The notes beneath the pieces were generated by a model. It searched no databases. It was given only the letters and a program-made list of their open reading frames with translations, and was not told the origin of the DNA. Below are positions 29,912 through 40,096 of a stretch of DNA of 64,000 nt, one piece after another. The stretch comes from Dehalococcoidia bacterium (GTDB lineage: Bacteria; Chloroflexota; Dehalococcoidia; Bin125), in contig CAXXNO010000008.1 in NCBI GenBank assembly GCA_963663235.2, forward strand, positions 64,001-128,000. The letters run 5' to 3'. The position numbers and the translations under genes were made by a program. Position 1 is the first letter of the stretch. Each line of letters starts with the position of its first letter.

Positions 29912-31126
29912 ATGACCGCAGCGAACGGTGACACGTACAGCGGCGTCTTCCAACTCACGAAGATGGAGCGCGTTTGCTACGGGCCCAATGCGGTTGACTC
30001 GCTGGGGGAGGAGGTCGACGCGTTCGGCGGCACCAAGGTGCTGATCATCGCCAGCAACACGCTGGCGACTAAGACCAACGTCGTGGACCGAATTCAGGGC
30101 GCTCTGTCCGGCAAGAGCGTGGCGGTAGTCCACAACGTGAGCCAGCACAACCATCGCGAGTCTGTCCTGGAGGTGGCGGAGACGGCACGGACGGCGGGGG
30201 TGGATTTTCTAGTGAGCCTCGGCGGCGGCAGTCCCATCGACTGCGCCAAGGGGGTCGCGATGTGCCTGGCCGACAACCTGTCCACCCCGGAGGACCTCGA
30301 TAATTACCGCTACGAATTCGAATATCCGGACAAGCTCACGGTGCGGGAGCTCAAGAACAAGGACGCGCCCAAGCACATCACCATCTCCACCACGCTCTCG
30401 GCGGGAGAGTTCAACGGCTTTCTCGGCATCACGGATACCAAGCGGCAGGTCAAGGAGGTCTACGGCGATCTCGTCCTGACGCCGGTGGTGAGCTATCTGG
30501 ACCCGACCGTCACGGTGCACACCCCCGAGTGGCTCTGGGCATCCACCGGTATCCGCGCCGTCGATCACTGTGTCGAGAGCTACCTGGCAACCAACCGTAT
30601 GCCCTTCGTCGATGGGCTGACGCGGGCCGCCTTGCAAACGCTGGTGCAGGACCTGCCCAGTTCCGCCCAGGATCGCGAGGACATCGGCGCCCGCGGCCGC
30701 TGTCAGCTGGCGGCCTGGATGAGCATCTTCGGGCTCCCGAACGTGAGTCTCGGTCTGAGCCACGGTATCGGACATCAACTCGGCGCGCGCCGTGACGTTC
30801 CCCACGGCGTGACTTCGTGCATCATGTTGCCGCATGTCATGGATTTCAATTTCCCGGTGAGCCAGGCGAGACAGGCGCACCTTGCGGAGGCGTTCGATAT
30901 CGATACGCGGGAGATGTCGGAGGAGGCGGCGGCGCGAGCGTTCATCACGGCCTTGCGCACCTTCATCGCGGATCTCGGCGTGCCGACGTGCTTGTCCGAG
31001 GTGCGCGTTACCAAGGAGGACTTCCCCGGGATCGTGCAGGACGCCATCGTAGACTTCGTTGTCGCGACGAACCCGCGTCCGGTCGACGAGCAGAGCATCT
31101 ATCAGTTGCTCGAGGCCGCCTACTGA
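29912..31126 (+). CDS. Iron-containing alcohol dehydrogenase family protein
   Basis: GGGSPID.AK, DH..E, HGIGH, PHG; GGAGG SD. Confidence 0.88.
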   Translation: MTAANGDTYSGVFQLTKMERVCYGPNAVDSLGEEVDAFGGTKVLIIASNTLATKTNVVDRIQGALSGKSVAVVHNVSQHNHRESVLEVAETARTAGVDFLVSLGGGSPIDCAKGVAMCLADNLSTPEDLDNYRYEFEYPDKLTVRELKNKDAPKHITISTTLSAGEFNGFLGITDTKRQVKEVYGDLVLTPVVSYLDPTVTVHTPEWLWASTGIRAVDHCVESYLATNRMPFVDGLTRAALQTLVQDLPSSAQDREDIGARGRCQLAAWMSIFGLPNVSLGLSHGIGHQLGARRDVPHGVTSCIMLPHVMDFNFPVSQARQAHLAEAFDIDTREMSEEAAARAFITALRTFIADLGVPTCLSEVRVTKEDFPGIVQDAIVDFVVATNPRPVDEQSIYQLLEAAY

Positions 31127-31458
31127 TCGCGCAGGCCGAGCACCGCGAGTAGCTCGGCGAGGGTGGGAATCTCCAGGGCGGGTCGGTCTGGCCATCGTTC
31201 CGGTCGCCGGCCAAATCGGTTGACTCACACGCCATGCAGGCCGAATGTGCCAGCCTCGCTCGCGTCCCAAGCGTTCGCCGACATGAACGCAATCCGATCC
31301 GCCTCGACCCCAAGGCGGTCCACGGCCAGTTGGTACACCGATGCGTGCGGCTTGTAGATCCCAACCTCCTCGATGGACAGCACGGCGTCGAGGTGGTTGT
31401 CGATGCCGGCGTGGCTCACCGCAGCTGCGCTGACGTCGAACAGGGTGCCGTAGGCGTC
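31120..31458 (-). pseudogene. Haloacid dehalogenase type II remnant
   Basis: DAYGTLFDV joined in frame to LDAVLSIEEVGIYKP...SANAWD with the cap domain and motif II deleted; TGA at 31225-31227 where Trp of WVNR is expected. Confidence 0.8.
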
Positions 31459-31498
31459 GATATTCCGAATCCGCGCCGCCGCCGCCGGCGTCCCCCGC

Positions 31499-32731
31499 CT
31501 ACGTCCCGGGACGATGTGTAAAGGCGGTTGGCACGAGGAAGATGGGCAGCTGTCGCGCTCGTTCGTCGCTTGAAGCCGCCAGTCGGTCGCGGATGCGATA
31601 GATCACGTCGCCCAGCACCGTCTCGTGGAACAGCCAGCGGTCCAGCTCGAGCGGCCCGGGCGATCCGCGCCCCGGTTGCGCTGTGGCCGCCTCGTAGTAG
31701 AACGCCTTGAGGTCATCGGCGATGTACTTCGCCAGTTCCGGCATGTCGCGGTTCGCCTTCGGCGGGACCTCCACCGCTTCGCCGGATGCGTACCCGGCGA
31801 GAACGGCCACCATCTGCTCGATCTCCTCAGCACCGAGACCGCTGACTCCCATGGATGTACGCCCCCGCTCCTGCCGCGCCTCCTCGTACCACGGTCGCAG
31901 GAGCGCCGCCTCGTCTAGCAATCGCTGGCGGAGGGCTTCCCAGCCCTCCGCTTGATCCCGCGCGGGAAGCGCCACCGGGCAAGCCCAGGGCCCCTCGTCC
32001 GGCTCGGTGGCGGGCGCCTCGTGCGGGTAGTCCGCGATCGTCGGTCCGGCCGCCGTGGGAAACAGCGCCAGGAGGCCGCGCAGCACGTCCAGCTGGAAGG
32101 CGCGCTCATGCGGCGGTCCGAACGGGCGGCCCAGGTCAAACGGCACCCAGAGGGCCCGCGTCGGTCGGATGGCTTCGGTGTGCTCGCGGATCAGGCTGAT
32201 GTACGCCGTGGCGATGCCGCTGCGTTCAAGGAGATGTGCCAGCCCGCCCACGGCGCGCGTGCAAGCCGGTCAGACGGGCGCGAGCAGCGCCGCTGTGACT
32301 CCGTCTCCATTGAGCAGCCGGCCTATCGCCTCAGCCGATTGCTGCATCTCGGATGGGTCGGTGGCGCCCATCAGCGAGTAGTGCCAGCGCGCCACGGAGC
32401 CGATCTCGCCGCTCGCGGCGAGTTCATGCAGCAGCTCCAGCGGAAAGATCGTGTTGACGTCCTGCTGGAAGCCGCTGCGGTCGAAGTTGACGCTGACGTG
32501 GCTCATCTGCATGTCGGCGGCAGCCACATCGTCCGGGATGATGCGGTAATCGGTCGCCCCGGCGTCGAACGGCCGGTCCGACGCCCGATGGATCCCCGCC
32601 GTCGAGACCAGGGCGACGCGCGCCTCGCTGAGCGGCGGGGGCGTGATCCACGGCGCCGGCTCGAACGCCGGCATCGGGATCCGGCGGAGCGCCTCGGCGA
32701 AGTCGGGCGGCAGGACGGCCAGTCTGACCAT
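31499..32731 (-). CDS. Selenoprotein of GrdB/PrdB-like family, Sec at TGA 32270-32272
   Basis: Two in-frame ORFs join as LLAPV-U-PACTRAVGGLAHLLERSGIAT; ALVSTAG, DVN..FPL and HYSLMGA are PrdB-like motifs. Confidence 0.85.
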
Positions 32732-32825
32732 GGCGTACCTCGTGATCCCCAGTTCATCGGCCATCGTCGTCGCATGCGCCCGCCCGGTCTAGACTCACAC
32801 GACACGGCAGAGAGGGGCGCCCGGG

Positions 32826-33773
32826 ATGAGCGTGAGCTTCGGTGTGCACACCGGCCAGCAGGACATGGCGATGGATGACTTCCGCGCCCTCTGGCGTGAG
32901 ATGGAAGAGGACGGCCTCGACTGGATCTCCCTCTGGGACCACTTCTATGAGGCGCCCCCGCGAGACGATATGGGCCCGCACTTCGAGACGGTCGCCTGCC
33001 TCGCGACGCTTGCGGCCGAGACGGAGCGTGTCCGCATCGGCTGCCTGGTCTTCTGTGCCTTGTATCGGAATCCCGCGCTACTGGCCAAAGCCGTTGCCAC
33101 GATCGACCATATCTCACACGGGCGCCTGGAGATCGGCCTGGGCGCCGGCTGGCACGAGCCTGAATTCAAGGGCTACGGCTACGGCTTCCCGCCCCTCGGG
33201 CAGCGGTTGGACGCGCTGGAGGAGGCGGTGCAGATCGTCCGTTCCATGCTGACGCAGGAGCGAACCACGTTCAAGGGAACGCACTTCACGGTCCTCGGCG
33301 CTACCTGTCAACCCCCTCCGGTCCAAGAGCGGTTGCCGATCTGGATCGGCGGCGGTGGCGAGCGACGGACCTTGCGGATGGCCGCCCGCTACGCCGACGG
33401 CTGGAACGTCCCCTACATCGGGCCGGAGCGATTTCGGCACCTCAACGGCGTCCTCGACGACTGGTGCGCCAAAGAGGGGCGCGATCCGTCCACGATCGGC
33501 CGGACGGTGAACCTGCGCTTCAACCTCGTCGCCGGTCGCGGGCGTGTCGAGGCAATGGAGGCGAGCGTACGCGAGCAGTGGGGCGCCGAAGCAGACGAGA
33601 TCATCGCGGGTTCATTGCTCGGCACGCCCGATGATGCCGCGGACCGGATCGCCGAGTACATCGACGCCGGGGCGCAGGCTGTCAACATCGCGCTGCGGGC
33701 GCCGTGGGACAAGGAGGCGCTCCGCGTGTACGCCCGCGAGGTCGTTCCCGCGATGCGCCGACGCTTCGCCTGA
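32826..33773 (+). CDS. LLM-class, probably F420-dependent, oxidoreductase
   Basis: WDHF, YRNPALLAK...TIDHIS.GRLEIGLGAGW, PIWIGGGGERRTL..AA.YADGWN. Confidence 0.88.
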   Translation: MSVSFGVHTGQQDMAMDDFRALWREMEEDGLDWISLWDHFYEAPPRDDMGPHFETVACLATLAAETERVRIGCLVFCALYRNPALLAKAVATIDHISHGRLEIGLGAGWHEPEFKGYGYGFPPLGQRLDALEEAVQIVRSMLTQERTTFKGTHFTVLGATCQPPPVQERLPIWIGGGGERRTLRMAARYADGWNVPYIGPERFRHLNGVLDDWCAKEGRDPSTIGRTVNLRFNLVAGRGRVEAMEASVREQWGAEADEIIAGSLLGTPDDAADRIAEYIDAGAQAVNIALRAPWDKEALRVYAREVVPAMRRRFA

Positions 33774-33804
33774 TCCGCCGCTGTCGGCGGGAGAGGCGGA
33801 GGGC

Positions 33805-34170
33805 CTAGTGGCCGGGGAGCTTCATCGTCCGGTGTGGCTCCGGCGCGCTTTCGTCCAGCGTACGGCGCTCTTTGTCTTCAACGATGATCGCTTGATACAA
33901 GCCGACCAGTGGCGCCCCCTCCAGCACGCCCGCCAGCGATCCTTGTGCGTGCCCGCGGACAAATGCATCGCTGCGCATCCACGCCAAGAACGCGTCGCGG
34001 TCCTGCCAGACGCTGTGGCTGATGTAGTCGCCGGCGTTGTCGCCGCGTAGGAGCGCGAACTGGACGAAGCCGGGCACATCGCTCAGATAGGATTCGCGCT
34101 CCTTCCACATCTGCTCGAAGTCCGCTTCCCGGTCTGCGGCAACGCGAAAGCGATTCATCGCCACGAACAT
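33805..34170 (-). CDS. ABM-family monooxygenase (IsdG/HmuQ-like)
   Basis: MFVAMNRF..VPGF..F.LLRG..W....F..W..S.AF...H; Asn, Trp and His retained. Confidence 0.8.
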   Translation of the reverse strand: MFVAMNRFRVAADREADFEQMWKERESYLSDVPGFVQFALLRGDNAGDYISHSVWQDRDAFLAWMRSDAFVRGHAQGSLAGVLEGAPLVGLYQAIIVEDKERRTLDESAPEPHRTMKLPGH

Positions 34171-34338
34171 CGGTCACCCTTTCGTGGGCCGAGCCGCTGC
34201 CCGCCGCCCACGCTGAAGATACTCGCTCTGCCGGCCAGAGCGGAGACGGTGCCGATGCCGCCCGGGAGGGATTAGGCTGTGTGGGCCTTCCGGGGGGGAC
34301 GACGGGCGCTCCGGCGGGCGATGGCTTGGAGGATCCAG

Positions 34339-35253
34339 ATGGCACAGGTCGGGTTCATTGGAACGGGGAACATCGGCGAGCCGATGGCGCGCCAGATCAT
34401 CGCGGCCGGCCACGATCTGGTGGTCCACGACCAGCGTCCGGACGCTGGGGCCGATCTCTTGGAGCTCGGCGCGGCGTGGGCGGACAGTCCGCGCCAGGTT
34501 GCCGAGCGGTGTCGGATCGTCGTCACCTCGCTGCCCGGCCCCGCCGAGGTTGACGCTGTCGCGACGGGCGCCGACGGCATTCTGGCCGGGGCGCGTCCCG
34601 GCGACGTCCACATCGATCTCAGCAGCAACTCAATCTCGATGGCGCGCCACCTTGAGCAGTACGAGCGGGCGCAGGGTGTGCTGTACGTTGACGCGCCGGT
34701 CACCGGCGGCGTGCGGCGGGCGCGGGCGGGCACGCTTACGGTGCTGGCCAGCGGAGACCGTGCGGCCTTCGATAAGGTCGAACCGATTCTCCAGGCCATC
34801 GGCGAGCACGTGTTCTACGTTGGCGAAGCCGGGTCGGGTTGCCTGGTCAAGCTGATCAACAACCTCATCGTCCTCTGTGCCGGCCAGCTGGTGCAAGAAG
34901 GACTGGTGCTGGGCGCCAAGGCCGGCCTGGATCCAGAGCGGCTTTACGAGATGTTGAAGGTCGGGAGCGCGGCGCCTCATGTCTTCCTGATGCCCTACAT
35001 GCTGGGGCGGCGCTTCGACGATCCGACCTTCACGCTGGCGCTGGCCGCCAAGGATGTCGGGCTGGCGCTGGAGGCCGGGCGGGAGACGGGCGTGCCCATG
35101 CCCGTCACCGCAGCGGCGCATCAGACGTACCTCGCCGCCCTCGCGGCGGGTCTCGGGGAGAAATCGTTCGTGGCGACGCTGGAGGCGTTGGAGGCCGCGG
35201 CCGCCACGTCCGTTCCGAAGCGCGATGTGGCCGAGGGGGGACGGCGCCTCTAG
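34339..35253 (+). CDS. Beta-hydroxyacid dehydrogenase (3-hydroxyisobutyrate DH family)
   Basis: GFIGTGNIG.PMA, DAPVTGG, KLINN, F...LA.KD. Confidence 0.88.
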   Translation: MAQVGFIGTGNIGEPMARQIIAAGHDLVVHDQRPDAGADLLELGAAWADSPRQVAERCRIVVTSLPGPAEVDAVATGADGILAGARPGDVHIDLSSNSISMARHLEQYERAQGVLYVDAPVTGGVRRARAGTLTVLASGDRAAFDKVEPILQAIGEHVFYVGEAGSGCLVKLINNLIVLCAGQLVQEGLVLGAKAGLDPERLYEMLKVGSAAPHVFLMPYMLGRRFDDPTFTLALAAKDVGLALEAGRETGVPMPVTAAAHQTYLAALAAGLGEKSFVATLEALEAAAATSVPKRDVAEGGRRL

Positions 35254-35283
35254 CACACTCGGCGCGATGCGGCGGGAGCGGCA

Positions 35284-35311
35284 GGAAGCCGGCCCCAGCG
35301 GGCCGGCTTCC
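35284..35311. terminator. GC-rich hairpin between convergent genes
   Basis: Perfect 12-bp inverted repeat GGAAGCCGGCCC-CAGC-GGGCCGGCTTCC; no U-tract. Confidence 0.5.
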
Positions 35312-35340
35312 CAGCGTACCGCGCACTGATGCCTGGACGG

Positions 35341-36747
35341 TTAGATGTCCGGGTGCATCGTGTGCCATTCGGTCGCTTGCTCGTACGCGTACGCCACCTG
35401 GAGCATGGTGGCCTCGTCGAACGGCTTCCCGGCGATCTGCAACCCCACCGGCATGTGATCCTGGTCAAAGCCGCAGGGCACGGAGACGGCGGGCAAGCCC
35501 GTGAAGTTGAAAATGGGCGTGTAGAAGCTGAACTCGCCGCCGAGGAAACCGAGTCCAGGATCTGACTCCAGCACTCGCGGCGTTTGGAACCCCACTGTGG
35601 GCAGCAGCAAAGCGTCCACCTGGGTGGTCAGCGCGTCCAGCAGCTGGTCGCGAACCTGTGCCCGGGCGCGCAGGCTATTCAGATAGGCCGTGCTGTCCAT
35701 CAGCAGGCCCCAGAGCATGTACCCCCGCGTGTGACGGCCATACTTGTCGCCGCCGCCGGTGCGGAGATTCCTGTGGTGAATGGCCGCTGCGTCCGCCCAC
35801 ATGTTCGGGAATTCGATGGCGATGAGCTGCCGGAGGTTGATGGTGGGGATGTCCACGATCTCCGCCCCCAGTTTCTCGAAGACCTGCACGGCCGGGTCGA
35901 AGGCGCTCTTCACCCCGGGCTCGTAGTTGTCCTCGTATATGGTGCGCAGCAGCCCAATCTTCATGCCCTTGATGTCGCGGCCGAGCTTTGCGTTGAAGTC
36001 GGTCACGGGAACGTTCGCCGATGCCTGATCGAGCGGGTCGTAGCCGGCGCAGCCCCGCAGCATGTGGCCGGCATCTGCGACCGTCCGGGCCAGCGGCCCC
36101 GTGTGGTCCAGGCTCCAGGACAGCGGGTAGACTCCCCGTCGGCTGACGCGCCCGTACGTTGCTTTGAGGCCGACATGCCCGCAGCACTGCGCGGGCCAAC
36201 GGATGGAGCCGCCGGTGCACGATCCCATGCCCGCGTAGGCCAAGCCCGCCGCGATGGAACCGCCTGTGCCGCTGCTGGAGCCGCCGCACTCGAACTCCTG
36301 GTTCCAGGCGTTGCGGGTCGGAGGGAAGTGTGTTTCCAGCGTGGGCGCCCCGTAGGCGAATTCGTACGTGCCCGCCTTTCCTACCACGATGGCGCCCGCC
36401 CGCTTGAGGTTGGCGACCGATTGGCAATCCTCCGCGGCTACGTACCCCACCAGGCTCGACGACCCGCAAGTGGTCGGACCGCTCTCGTAGATGTCCTTGA
36501 TGCTGATCGGTATCCCGTGCAGCGGGCCTCGGTAGCTGCCGCTGGCGATCTCGGCCTCCGCCGCCTTGGCCGCGGCGCGCGACTCATCCTCGAAGACGTG
36601 GATGTACGCGTTGATCGTCGAGTCGAGTTCCGAGATCCGCGACAGAATGAGGTCCACGACCTCGACCGGGGAGGTCTCCTTCTTCTTGATGAGGTCCGCG
36701 ACCTCGGTGATCGGTGCGTGCGCGAGTTGCTTCGGGTTGCTGATCAT
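35341..36747 (-). CDS. Amidase signature family protein
   Basis: GPLHGIPISIKD, GGSSSG, GSCTGGSIRWPA. Confidence 0.9.
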   Translation of the reverse strand: MISNPKQLAHAPITEVADLIKKKETSPVEVVDLILSRISELDSTINAYIHVFEDESRAAAKAAEAEIASGSYRGPLHGIPISIKDIYESGPTTCGSSSLVGYVAAEDCQSVANLKRAGAIVVGKAGTYEFAYGAPTLETHFPPTRNAWNQEFECGGSSSGTGGSIAAGLAYAGMGSCTGGSIRWPAQCCGHVGLKATYGRVSRRGVYPLSWSLDHTGPLARTVADAGHMLRGCAGYDPLDQASANVPVTDFNAKLGRDIKGMKIGLLRTIYEDNYEPGVKSAFDPAVQVFEKLGAEIVDIPTINLRQLIAIEFPNMWADAAAIHHRNLRTGGGDKYGRHTRGYMLWGLLMDSTAYLNSLRARAQVRDQLLDALTTQVDALLLPTVGFQTPRVLESDPGLGFLGGEFSFYTPIFNFTGLPAVSVPCGFDQDHMPVGLQIAGKPFDEATMLQVAYAYEQATEWHTMHPDI

Positions 36748-36749
36748 GG

Positions 36750-36968
36750 CTACCGGTACCTCGCGATGTCGTGGATCAGGATCGGCTCGCTGGTCGGAAA
36801 CTCCATGCCCGGTGTCATGGGCCTGCTATCCAGCATGTCCGAAACGATCTTGTTCCAGCGCAACATGGTTTCGTACGCCGGGGCCAGCTCATCCAGATCG
36901 GCGTCGCTGGGGCTGAGCCCCCATTCGGCCAGTTTGGCCTTGACTATGTCCCGTGACTCCATTGCCAC
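36750..36968 (-). CDS. Small protein upstream of amidase (GatC/AtzG-like accessory subunit candidate)
   Basis: About 70 aa helical ORF ending ..EP.., stop 2 nt before the amidase ATG; SD upstream. Confidence 0.6.
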   Translation of the reverse strand: MAMESRDIVKAKLAEWGLSPSDADLDELAPAYETMLRWNKIVSDMLDSRPMTPGMEFPTSEPILIHDIARYR

Positions 36969-37166
36969 CCTCTATTCGCTCTCGCCGCCGCCCCGCTGAG
37001 TCGGAGGGCGTCGGGGCAGGCCGTCGTCCGACGGTTGACTCTCGGTAGCCGATCCTGTGTCTTGAGGCACCTCGGCTTCCTGGTCGCGACAGCTCGCACG
37101 GCTGGTATCCCGGCCGCGCGACGCCAACGCACCGCTCACCAGTTACGTCCAGTCCGAGACGGGCGC

Positions 37167-37195
37167 ATTCTGGTCCGGCCGTCGGAGCCCGTCAA
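37167..37195 (-). promoter_or_regulatory. Sigma70-type promoter for small protein/amidase operon
   Basis: TTGACG-17 nt-CAGAAT on minus strand. Confidence 0.55.
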
Positions 37196-37285
37196 GCGGG
37201 TCCGTTACGGCGCTCGCGCTCCCGGGCGGCCGCGGTCTGCAGCCGTCGGCTCGTCAGCGCGAGGCCGCCGGTCGACCGCCGTTGG

Positions 37286-38029
37286 TCATACCAGGCGCGC
37301 GCCCGCCAGGCCGCCCGCCAGCAAGGCCATCGCCACTGCCAGCGCTTGCAGCGCGAGTTCCGGCGCCGCGCGGAGCATCTGGCCGTCGATCGACACCTCT
37401 CTCCCGTCCTCCAGCACGATCCGCCCTTCGATCAAGACCGACTCGCGGCGGATCTGGCGAACCGCCTTGGATAGGCGGCGCTGCGCCAGCGAGAGAGAGA
37501 AGCAGGCGAGCGCTACCAGCACCGCCGGCCACTCGACCGAAGCGGCCTGCGTGAAATAGCCGGTGAGGGCCGGGAACGCGCCCCAGGCGACAGCGAACCA
37601 GATGTCGCTGTGGAACCGGCCGCCCCACATCTCCAGGCTGTAAGCGGTCGCGATGAACGCTCCAAATGCCACGAAAGCCAGCAGCCACCAGGAGATTTCG
37701 ACAGCGCCTAATACCCCCAGCGCGATCGCCCCCACCAGTCCCGCTGCCGCGATGATCGCCAGCGTCGGGCGCGGGATCTGCGTGCGCAGCGGGCCGCCGT
37801 TGAGTTCGTCCAGCGCGTGCGTCGCTAGGCCGACCGCCAGGAAGAATGCCAGCAGACTGGCCGCCAGCCGTCCTCCGTCGATGGCGGGCGCCGCCGCCGC
37901 GCCGATCACGACGTAGGACAGGTGCCAGATCGTGTAGGGCGGATGGAGGAGCGTCCAGTAGTCGCGCCAGCCGCCCGGATGGAGGGCGTAGAACGCCGGG
38001 CGCTGCTCATGCGAAAGCGGAAGACTCAT
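37286..38029 (-). CDS. Polytopic membrane protein, UbiA-superfamily-like
   Basis: LLHPPYT..HLSYV, HALDELNG, multiple TM helices; overlaps the methyltransferase gene. Confidence 0.6.
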   Translation of the reverse strand: MSLPLSHEQRPAFYALHPGGWRDYWTLLHPPYTIWHLSYVVIGAAAAPAIDGGRLAASLLAFFLAVGLATHALDELNGGPLRTQIPRPTLAIIAAAGLVGAIALGVLGAVEISWWLLAFVAFGAFIATAYSLEMWGGRFHSDIWFAVAWGAFPALTGYFTQAASVEWPAVLVALACFSLSLAQRRLSKAVRQIRRESVLIEGRIVLEDGREVSIDGQMLRAAPELALQALAVAMALLAGGLAGARLV

Positions 38030-38759
38030 GGCCCTTCCTCCCCCAAATCACCACCGCTCCGCCCAGGCTCATTACACGCACCTGCGGCTGCGGGACGCCG
38101 GCAGCGCGCCAGAGGGCGAGTTGCCGCTCAAGCGGATAGCGCCGGTAGAAGTCCTCGATGCTCGGACCCAGGAAGCGGCCGACCTCGTACCACGACCGCG
38201 AGACGAGCCGGCCCGCGGTTGGCAGGCCGATCCGCGTGTACAGCCACCACAGCCGCCGCGGGAGCGCGCCGCGTGGCACGTGGAACTCCATTCCCCCAAG
38301 CATGCCACCCGGCCGCAGCACCCGGTTCAGCTCGACGAGCGTCGCGCCTGGGTCGTCCGTATAGCGCAAAAGGTAGGTGAACGTTACCGCGTCGAAGGCG
38401 CAGTCGGCGAAGGGCAGGCGCTCACCCTTGCCCAGGAGCAGCGCGACGCGCGGCCGGAGCGCCGCGCGCTCGACGGCCCGCGCTCCCGCTTGAATCATGG
38501 GCGCACTCTGGTCGAGCCCGATCACCGAGCCTTGCCCTCTATCAGTCAGCATGATCGCGACGGCCGCCGTGCCGGTCGCGACGTCGAGGATGCGGGCGCC
38601 CGGTGGAGTATCGATCTGTTCGACCAGGAACCGCTGCCACCGCCGATTCTGTCCCAAAGAGAGCAACTCGGCCATCAGGTCGTAGCGATCGGGGAGCCCG
38701 GCGAACAGCCCCAGCGCCTCGCGCGTTCGTGGTGAGGGCCTTTCGGAGGTAGATTGCAT
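38007..38759 (-). CDS. UbiE/MenG-like class I SAM methyltransferase
   Basis: RYDLM..LLSLGQ..RW, LDVATGT, LPF.D..FDAVT..Y.LR, RVLRPGG. Confidence 0.85.
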   Translation of the reverse strand: MQSTSERPSPRTREALGLFAGLPDRYDLMAELLSLGQNRRWQRFLVEQIDTPPGARILDVATGTAAVAIMLTDRGQGSVIGLDQSAPMIQAGARAVERAALRPRVALLLGKGERLPFADCAFDAVTFTYLLRYTDDPGATLVELNRVLRPGGMLGGMEFHVPRGALPRRLWWLYTRIGLPTAGRLVSRSWYEVGRFLGPSIEDFYRRYPLERQLALWRAAGVPQPQVRVMSLGGAVVIWGRKGHESSAFA

Positions 38760-38792
38760 CGGCGCTCCCCGATGCGGTGGGAGTCCGGAGCG

Positions 38793-39743
38793 CTAGTCGG
38801 CCTGTGCCAGCTCGCCCAGCAACGCCAGGGTGCGCTCAGCCGTTCGCTTCGGTTCGTCTCCCGCCATGACGATGGCCGCCAGCATCTCGTCGACCCCGTA
38901 GTCCGGCAGCGTCGCGATCCGATCGGCCACCTGTTCCGCGGAGCCCGAGATGATCAGCGCGTCGGCCATCGCTTCCGTGAACTCCGATCCGGCCGCCTCC
39001 GGGTAGCCTGCGTCCTGCAGCATCTGCGCGTAGTAGGGCATGCTTTGGTAGAAGCCGAATTGCCGCTTGGCCGCTGCTCGCACCGCCTGGATGTCATCGC
39101 AGACGACCACCGGGGTATGCACGATCATTGCCGGTTTGGCGCGCCCCGTTTTGGCTGCGCCCTCGTTGAGTGCCGGCGCGGCGATGTCGCGGATGTACGG
39201 AAGCGGACACATCCACGATATGGCGCCCTCAGCCAGTTCGCCGCAGAGCCGGAACGCGTTTGGGCGCAGTGCGGACGCAAGGACACGGACCTGCGCCGGT
39301 GCCGAAATCTTCGCCTCGGCGTGCAGCAGCTCGCCGTGAAATGAGACGGCGCCTTCCTTCAGGATGGCGTTCAGGATTGTGAGGTACTCGCGCAGATGGT
39401 GCAGCGGGCGCTCGAACGGGATCCCCCAGATGCTCTCGACGATCGGCTTGTGGCTGGGCCCGACGCCCAGGTGCAAGCGCCCCGGCGCAATCTGGTCCAC
39501 CGACATGGCGCTCTGGGCCATCGTTAGTGGGTGTCGGGGATAGGTTGGCACGATCGATGTCCCGAGCCCAATCCGCTCCGTCCGGCCTGCCGCCACGGCG
39601 AACATCACGAAGGGGTCCGGTGCCAGCCCGCCAACAGTCACCCAGGCCGTGTCCAGGCCGGCTCGCTCCGCCGCGACTACGCCCTCCACCAAGCCGGGTG
39701 TGTCGCCTGCGACGATATGCGCGCCAATGCTCAGGTCTTTCAT
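38793..39743 (-). CDS. LLM-class flavin-dependent oxidoreductase
   Basis: TERIGLGTSIVPTYPRHP, GRLHLGVGPSH. Confidence 0.88.
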   Translation of the reverse strand: MKDLSIGAHIVAGDTPGLVEGVVAAERAGLDTAWVTVGGLAPDPFVMFAVAAGRTERIGLGTSIVPTYPRHPLTMAQSAMSVDQIAPGRLHLGVGPSHKPIVESIWGIPFERPLHHLREYLTILNAILKEGAVSFHGELLHAEAKISAPAQVRVLASALRPNAFRLCGELAEGAISWMCPLPYIRDIAAPALNEGAAKTGRAKPAMIVHTPVVVCDDIQAVRAAAKRQFGFYQSMPYYAQMLQDAGYPEAAGSEFTEAMADALIISGSAEQVADRIATLPDYGVDEMLAAIVMAGDEPKRTAERTLALLGELAQAD

Positions 39744-39765
39744 GCCGCCTCCCCCTGCTGGGCGC

Positions 39766-39975
39766 CTACGCCCCGACGATCTTGCGCAGCTCTATGAGGA
39801 CGTCCGGTGGCTCCATCCGGTATCGGTAGTCGGCGTTCTCGTAGCGCATCCGTGCCATGCCTGCCTGGTTCCGCATCAGGGTGGCGCACCCGTAACTCCC
39901 AATCCGTGGCCGGGCTGTCCTTCGGCAGATCGACACCTCGATCGGCGTGCCTCTCGACCCGATTGTAGGGGAGGT
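39766..39975 (-). pseudogene. Frameshifted C-terminal remnant of a peroxiredoxin-like (AhpC/TSA) gene (5' boundary approximate)
   Basis: GVDLPKDSPATDWEL in one frame continues as ATLMRNQAGMARMRYENADYRYRMEPPDVLIELRKIVGA-stop in another. Confidence 0.55.
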
Positions 39976-40096
39976 CGGCCCGTTCCGCGCCCTTGTTGGG
40001 GGAAGGACGCAATTCCGCTACGCTCGACCGCGCGATCGATCCTTTGGCGGTGTCCACGACCGAGCGGCCGCCATCCGGTTCGGGAGGGACGGAACA

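Noticed and set aside
31225-31227. TGA in the HAD remnant as selenocysteine
   Set aside because: Aligns with a conserved Trp in an already deleted gene; simple TGG>TGA
36970-37160. Guanidine riboswitch call for the amidase leader
   Set aside because: No match to class I, II or III consensus that I can verify; kept only as an unclassified leader
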